DNA of 64,000 nt from Thermodesulfobacteriota bacterium (GTDB lineage Bacteria; Desulfobacterota; Binatia; Bin18), in contig OZ219926.1 in assembly GCA_964291405.2 (NCBI GenBank), forward strand, positions 2,400,001-2,464,000, written 5' to 3'. This document shows, piece after piece, positions 57,050 through 64,000 of this stretch. The translations under genes were made by a program, and so were the position numbers. Every line of letters begins with the position of its first letter. Within the stretch, counting starts at the first letter, position 1. The notes beneath the pieces are model-generated. The model was not told the DNA's origin, searched no databases, and worked only from the letters and a program-made list of their open reading frames with translations.

Positions 57050-57439
57050 TTAGTCTCCGGGACTGATTAGTGAAATACAAGGGTGCCGGTCCTTTGACTT
57101 GCCCAGGCCGATTATCATGCAGGCAATAAGCAGTAAAGGGACCCCGGCGACAAAGCTCTTGGCGTCAATGGGATACCGAATGAAAACAGCGCTTAAAAGG
57201 AATAAATAGAATCCGCCTTTGACAGTCAGCCACAGGGCAGCATGAATTTTACTGCGCGAATCGACCGGAGCGAGTGCGGTGCGGACCACTTTTTTGAGCA
57301 GCCAGAAGTTGGCCTGCATCACTCCACCGCCAAGTACAAAGCTGGGCACATGGATAAGTCCTGTTATCCAGCCGATAACGGCACCAGTCCCAACTAAAGC
57401 AAGGTTCAGGACTTCTATTCTCTCAATTGTCTTTGTCAC
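57050..57439 (-). CDS. atpI: ATP synthase protein I
   Basis: 4-TM protein upstream of atpB with GG...NFWLL pattern. Confidence 0.7.
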   Translation of the reverse strand: MTKTIERIEVLNLALVGTGAVIGWITGLIHVPSFVLGGGVMQANFWLLKKVVRTALAPVDSRSKIHAALWLTVKGGFYLFLLSAVFIRYPIDAKSFVAGVPLLLIACMIIGLGKSKDRHPCISLISPGD

Positions 57440-57647
57440 GGGCAGAAAGACGCTGGAGCACGATGATCAGACGATATATCGCTCCTGACATGCCAACGAT
57501 CACCCCGATGACCATCAGGAGGGGCGCTGTGTCAAACTGAGTGTCTGCATAGTGGCCAATCAAGAGGCCGGCGACAATAGCCCCAGCGAACTCGAACCCG
57601 AGCGCTCCATACTTTCCATAGGTGATGAGAGGACTTTCCTGAGCCAT
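57423..57647 (-). CDS. AtpZ/AtpI family protein
   Basis: G...G.YAD..F.T.P...G...G pattern; upstream of atpI. Confidence 0.8.
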   Translation of the reverse strand: MAQESPLITYGKYGALGFEFAGAIVAGLLIGHYADTQFDTAPLLMVIGVIVGMSGAIYRLIIVLQRLSARDKDN

Positions 57648-57653
57648 TTTGCC

Positions 57654-58937
57654 TCAGCCACCGAGGTTCTTCAGCGCCACTCTCGCCGCCCGTAGGGTTT
57701 CCTGGATTTCATCCTCGCCGTGCGCCAAGGAAATAAAGGCGGATTCGAATTGGGAGGGAGGAAGATATATGCCCTGCTCACTCATGCCCCGAAAGTAGCT
57801 GGCGAACATTTCAGTGTCGCTCTGGGTTGCTGACTCATAGTCGCGAACGTGGTCGACCCCAAAGAAGACGGTGAACATCGAACCTATTTGGTTCACACAG
57901 GCTTTAATGTCAGTCTCACGAATGACAGCGCGTAACCCCTCGGCCAGCATATCTCCGAGCATATTCAACCGCTCATAAGCTCCAGCGGCGTAAACAAGCT
58001 TTAAGGTTTCAATCCCAGCGGTCACAGCCAGCGGATTTCCAGACAGCGTCCCAGCTTGGTAGACTCCCCCCAAAGGGGCAAGTCCATCCATTATCATCGC
58101 CTTTCCGCCAACCGCGGCCAATGGCAGGCCACCACCCACGACTTTCCCGAGACAGGTGAGATCTGGGTCGATATGATAGAGCTCTTGAACTCCACCACGG
58201 GCGAGACGGCAACCGGTCATCACCTCGTCAAAGATGAGCACGACTCCAAACTCCCGGGTGAGTTCCCGAAGACCTTCAAGAAAGCCTTGCCCGGGTAGGA
58301 CGAGGCCCATATTTCCAGGAACAGGCTCCAGTATAACGGCGGCCACTCCTTCTGGGTCCGCCTCGAGGTATGCTCGTACGCTGGAGAGGCTGTTGTACTC
58401 AGCCACAAGCGTCAGGCTGCTAAAGGCCTCGGGAACACCTTGACTGTCCGGGGTACTCAACGTCAGCGCTCCGGACCCAGCTCTCACCAGAAGCGCATCA
58501 GTGTGACCGTGGTAGCAACCAGAGAACTTGATGATCTTCGCCCGACCAGTATAGCCACGGGCGAGACGCAGGGCGGTCATGGTCGCTTCTGTGCCCGAGG
58601 AGGTCAAGCGGACCTTCTCAATTGACGGAATGGTCTGAGTCAGCGTTCTTGCAAGCTCAATCTCTTTTGCCGTTGGGGCACCAAAGCTGGTCCCACTCTT
58701 CACCACTCGCTCAAGTGCCCCAACAACCTGCGGATGAGCATGTCCGGCTATTAACGGTCCCCAGGAACCAACATAGTCTATATACTCACGTCCATCCGCA
58801 TCGGTAATGCGGCATCCCTTCCCTCGGTGGACAAAAAGAGGTTCACCCCCAACAGCCCGCCATGCACGAACCGGACTGTTCACTCCCCCTGGAATATATT
58901 TCTGCGCTTCATTGAAGAGTTTTTGCGATGTTGACAT
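57654..58937 (-). CDS. hemL: Glutamate-1-semialdehyde 2,1-aminomutase
   Basis: PGGVNSPVRA, SGTEATM, FDEVMTG, GKVVGGG and YQAGTLSGNP motifs. Confidence 0.97.
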   Translation of the reverse strand: MSTSQKLFNEAQKYIPGGVNSPVRAWRAVGGEPLFVHRGKGCRITDADGREYIDYVGSWGPLIAGHAHPQVVGALERVVKSGTSFGAPTAKEIELARTLTQTIPSIEKVRLTSSGTEATMTALRLARGYTGRAKIIKFSGCYHGHTDALLVRAGSGALTLSTPDSQGVPEAFSSLTLVAEYNSLSSVRAYLEADPEGVAAVILEPVPGNMGLVLPGQGFLEGLRELTREFGVVLIFDEVMTGCRLARGGVQELYHIDPDLTCLGKVVGGGLPLAAVGGKAMIMDGLAPLGGVYQAGTLSGNPLAVTAGIETLKLVYAAGAYERLNMLGDMLAEGLRAVIRETDIKACVNQIGSMFTVFFGVDHVRDYESATQSDTEMFASYFRGMSEQGIYLPPSQFESAFISLAHGEDEIQETLRAARVALKNLGG

Positions 58938-59454
58938 CTGAGTCCACCCACGTCTCAGTTGTGAGGATTCCCCCTGCTACCACCCGCCTATATGAGAGTC
59001 AAGACAAAGGAACTCTTCTTACACGGAGCATCCAAATATCTGGAATTACGAGCATACCCTCTCTCCTCTTAGATCCTCTTAGAGGAATGAATAACAATAT
59101 GTGATCTCATTCCATATCCTTTTACATGCGACGTGTTCAGAAACAATAAGAAAAATAAAGAGATACAAATCTGATTTTTCAATCCGCTGATTTCCTCTGA
59201 TTTTTACAACATCACATAATGTTATGTGTTCAATTTTGTGTAGTGATTTTCGCTGTTTTGGAAAAAGTTTGCTCTCTTTCTTGCATTCTGTGGGGAAAGA
59301 GTTTAAGACGCAGTGACACTATCCTCTCTGGCCTTATAAAATTTAAGCGGCACATTGATTCGGATAGACATGGGTCTTTATCTCGCCCCTCTGACTACGT
59401 GGTCGGTGAACGGGAACTTCCTGGGGCAGAAGGCGAGGCAGATAGACAAACGTG

Positions 59455-59532
59455 TGTGGATAACTTCGTCATCTGACGAATATTTTCTCAGTCAAGAGGG
59501 GAAGTTATCGAGTTATCCACAGGTGTGGATAA
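59455..59532. promoter_or_regulatory. DnaA boxes upstream of dnaA
   Basis: TGTGGATAA at 59455, TTATCCACA at 59513 and TGTGGATAA at 59524. Confidence 0.85.
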
Positions 59533-59560
59533 CCTTTGTTGAGTGGGGGAAGGACGCGGC

Positions 59561-60886
59561 ATGTATCGGGTGTGGGAACAAGTGTTGGGGATTGTTGAGG
59601 GACAAGTAGGAAAGACGAATAGTGAAACCTGGCTGAAACCGATTCGGCCCCTTGGGCTCCAAGACGACACGTTTCATCTTGAGGTCCCAAGTGCGCTCTT
59701 TAAGGATTGGCTACTCAGTAATCTCGTCGGCCCCCTGGAAAACGCATTGACTGAGGTTCTTGGTCAGCCAACGCACCTCATCTTGCATGTACAGGAAAAA
59801 CCCCAAGGAGAACTCTTTCCAGAAGAAGAGAAGGAACAGCCCGCCCAGGGAAAAGGGAGGGGAAAGAAAGACGGGCTGATTCAGAATTACACCTTCTCCT
59901 CCTTTGTGGTCGGTGGTGGCAATCAGTTTGCTCATGCTGCGGCCAAGGCGGTCAGTAAGCACCCGGGGAAAAGCTATAATCCATTATTCATCTATGGGGG
60001 GGTTGGGTTAGGAAAGACGCATCTCATTAATGCCATTGGCCACGAGACATCGGCAAAACAGGAAAAGGACAATATTGTCTATCTGTCCTCAGAGTCTTTT
60101 ACCAATGAATTGATTGCTCATTTACGAAAGAATCGGATGACGGAATTTAAAAATAGATTTCGTCGTGCAGATGTTCTTATTCTTGATGATGTGCAGTTTC
60201 TGTCCGGTCGCGAACGAACACAAGAAGAATTTTTTCACACCTTTAATTCCCTCCATGAGTCAAACAAGCAGATTATATTAACGTCCGATAAATTTCCTCA
60301 TGAGATCGGTGGACTCGAAGAGCGGTTACGAAACCGTTTCGAGTGGGGGTTGATCGCCGATATCCAGCCACCCGACCTCGAGACTCGGGTCGCAATTCTA
60401 CAAAAAAAATCACGTGCAAAACGTATCCCCCTCCCCGACGATGTTGCCCTTTTTATTGCCTCTCATGTAACGTCAAACGTCCGAGAGCTTGAGGGCGGTC
60501 TGACACGATTAGGAGCACTGGCCGCCTTGAATCAGGCTGATATCACTGTCAACTTTGCCCGACAGGTTCTCAAGAATTTGGTCACAGACCAGGAAAAGAA
60601 AGTCTCGATTGAGACTATACAGAGAACTGTGAGTAAGTATTTTGGTGTCAGCGTTGCCGATATAACTTCAAAGAAACGAACGAAGCTAGTTTCGTTTCCG
60701 AGGCAGATTGGCATGTTTCTCTGCCGTAAGCTTGCCGGCGCCTCCTACCCAATGATTGGAATGCGATTTGGAGGAAAAGATCACACGACGGTTCTGCATG
60801 CCTGTCACGCAATTGAAACTCGGTTCAAAAAAGACGAAGAGCTTCGCGATATTATCAATAGAATAGAGATCATGATTTATGAGTAG
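59561..60886 (+). CDS. dnaA: Chromosomal replication initiator DnaA
   Basis: YNPLFIYGGVGLGKTHL, DDVQF, QEEFFHTFN, NVRELEG and GGKDHTTV motifs. Start 59543 or 59561. Confidence 0.98.
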   Translation: MYRVWEQVLGIVEGQVGKTNSETWLKPIRPLGLQDDTFHLEVPSALFKDWLLSNLVGPLENALTEVLGQPTHLILHVQEKPQGELFPEEEKEQPAQGKGRGKKDGLIQNYTFSSFVVGGGNQFAHAAAKAVSKHPGKSYNPLFIYGGVGLGKTHLINAIGHETSAKQEKDNIVYLSSESFTNELIAHLRKNRMTEFKNRFRRADVLILDDVQFLSGRERTQEEFFHTFNSLHESNKQIILTSDKFPHEIGGLEERLRNRFEWGLIADIQPPDLETRVAILQKKSRAKRIPLPDDVALFIASHVTSNVRELEGGLTRLGALAALNQADITVNFARQVLKNLVTDQEKKVSIETIQRTVSKYFGVSVADITSKKRTKLVSFPRQIGMFLCRKLAGASYPMIGMRFGGKDHTTVLHACHAIETRFKKDEELRDIINRIEIMIYE

Positions 60887-60895
60887 GCTCTTCTC

Positions 60896-61175
60896 CCTGT
60901 GGATAACCTGTGGATAACCTGTGGATAACCTGTGGATAACCTGTGGATAACCTGTGGATGGATAAGAACTCGGGATGATAAGAATTATGAGAGAGAGATG
61001 GAAAAAGTTATCCACAGTTATCCACACCCCCCCCGAAGTTATCCACACCCCCCTGTGGATAACTTTTGTACTATAAACAGATGCTTAACCCACTTATCCA
61101 CATATCCACAGGCCCTACTACTACTATTATTATCTATTTATATATAAATATAAAAAATAAGTAGTAGTAAGTAGA
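60896..61175. other. oriC: Replication origin oriC (dnaA-dnaN intergenic)
   Basis: Ten perfect DnaA boxes, then TTATCCACA-TATCCACA-GGCCC-(TAC/TAT)n DnaA-trios and an AT-rich unwinding tract. Confidence 0.92.
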
Positions 61176-61198
61176 AGAAGAGAAGAAGGGAGGAGGAT

Positions 61199-62350
61199 AT
61201 GGAATTCAGTGTCGGCAAGGAAGACCTCCTTCAATGTTTATATCTGGTCCAGGGTGTTGTTGAGAGGCGATCTTCTCTCCCCATGCTCTCCCATGTTCTT
61301 ATCGAATCAAACTCTACGGGAGAGAGCGAAGGGATTATTTCCCTTGGGGCAACAGACCTCGAAATTGGAATCCGTCAGCAGTGCCAGGCAGAAGTGAAAG
61401 CGTCAGGATCAATGACCGCGGATGCACGAAAGTTGTACGAGATCATTCGTGAGCTGCCGTCTGGTCCGATCCGTTTACGCTCAGGTGGAAATGGCTGGGT
61501 GGACGTCACTAGTGGAAAGTCCCGCTTCAGAATCGCCAGTCTAGATCCTAAAGAATTTCCCACAATAACTGGGCAAAAAGAAAAGAAGGAGGAATCCTCC
61601 TCTTCTGATCAATTCATATCTTTGCCTGGACCGACCCTGCGGGAGATGATTGAAAAAACCCTCTTTGCAACCTCACCTGACGAAACGCGACTGAACCTCA
61701 GCGGTGTCTATCTCGAGACCCAGAAAGAGGGGAAAGTGCGTATGGTTGCCAGTGATGGACATCGTCTGTCTCTCATAGAGCGGGAGGTCGATACCTCCTC
61801 GCTGCCAGATTGGCCGAGCGTCATACTTCCGAAAAAAGGCTTGGTTGAAACACGAAAACTCCTTGAGAAGAGCGAGGGAACAATAGACGTTTCCGTCAAC
61901 GATTCGGTTGTCAACCTCAAGAAGGAGACAACCGAACTCTTTATGCGTCTGATTGAGGGTGACTTTCCTGACTATCAGCAAGTTGTTCCAAAAGAGCATA
62001 CGCATCAGATTGAGTTTCCCCGCGATGAATTACTCAGTGCTCTCCGTCGTATCTTGATTCTCACGACAGAACGGTCTCGGGGGATAAAATTACAGTTTGA
62101 AAAAGACAAGATCGAGGTTTCCGTCAATACTCCAGATGTGGGCGAGGGAACCGAGGAGATTGCAGCCTCATACGCTGGAGACGGATTATCAATTGGGTTT
62201 AATGGAAGATATCTGACCGAGGCATTAAATGTCATGAATGAGGGGGATTCTGTCATCCTTTTCCTGAAAGACGAAATGAGCCCAGGACTCCTTCAGCAAA
62301 AGGAGAGCCATGAATTTTCCTACGTTATAATGCCTATGAAAATAAATTAA
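61199..62350 (+). CDS. dnaN: DNA polymerase III beta sliding clamp
   Basis: ATDLEI, ASDGHRL, RLIEGDFPDY, GFNGRYL and YVIMPM motifs. Confidence 0.97.
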   Translation: MEFSVGKEDLLQCLYLVQGVVERRSSLPMLSHVLIESNSTGESEGIISLGATDLEIGIRQQCQAEVKASGSMTADARKLYEIIRELPSGPIRLRSGGNGWVDVTSGKSRFRIASLDPKEFPTITGQKEKKEESSSSDQFISLPGPTLREMIEKTLFATSPDETRLNLSGVYLETQKEGKVRMVASDGHRLSLIEREVDTSSLPDWPSVILPKKGLVETRKLLEKSEGTIDVSVNDSVVNLKKETTELFMRLIEGDFPDYQQVVPKEHTHQIEFPRDELLSALRRILILTTERSRGIKLQFEKDKIEVSVNTPDVGEGTEEIAASYAGDGLSIGFNGRYLTEALNVMNEGDSVILFLKDEMSPGLLQQKESHEFSYVIMPMKIN

Positions 62351-62411
62351 TAGAAAGATGTTTTATTTTTGTCCGTGGTTTACGTAACGTAAAGAAAATG
62401 CTAAGCTTTGA

Positions 62412-64000
<1,589 letters not shown>

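Noticed and set aside
58940-59450. Expected rpmH or an ncRNA upstream of dnaA, and recF between dnaN and gyrB
   Set aside because: No L34-like ORF or recognisable RNA was found, and the dnaN-gyrB gap is only about 120 bp. Such absences are common and not notable.

Overview
Origin-proximal chromosomal window from a GC-rich Gram-negative bacterium. The gene content (hemL next to atpZ/I/B/E, LLM oxidoreductases, family III CoA-transferases, gspHIJK) looks deltaproteobacterial/Binatia-like, but that is inference only. It holds housekeeping and catabolic genes (aspS, pfkA, glcDEF, asd, ATP synthase F0 genes, hemL, dnaA-oriC-dnaN-gyrB, tRNA-Arg(CCT)), a small defence islet (McrB with an unusual N-terminal domain, McrC, RHH antitoxin, MazF), and a urea locus split into two divergent operons with apparent sigma54 promoters (porin-urtABCDE-ureA-ureC-porin on the minus strand, ureB-G-D-E-F on the plus strand). 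The main unexplained signals are these. (1) Eleven copies of a 50-59 bp oriented palindromic element (AAAGAGTAAACGTGTCC-N17-23-GGACACGTTTACTCTTT) sit at gene boundaries and supply stop codons (gspH, ureB), an SD plus start codon (glcE) and a prepilin leader (GspK); one copy abuts the tRNA 5' end. (2) A candidate ~105-nt sRNA has its own sigma70-type promoter, anti-SD loops and a terminator, downstream of the urea locus. (3) The McrBC variant has a swapped N-terminal domain and an in-frame amber codon 10 codons before the apparent true end. All calls come from reading motifs by eye; no searches were run.
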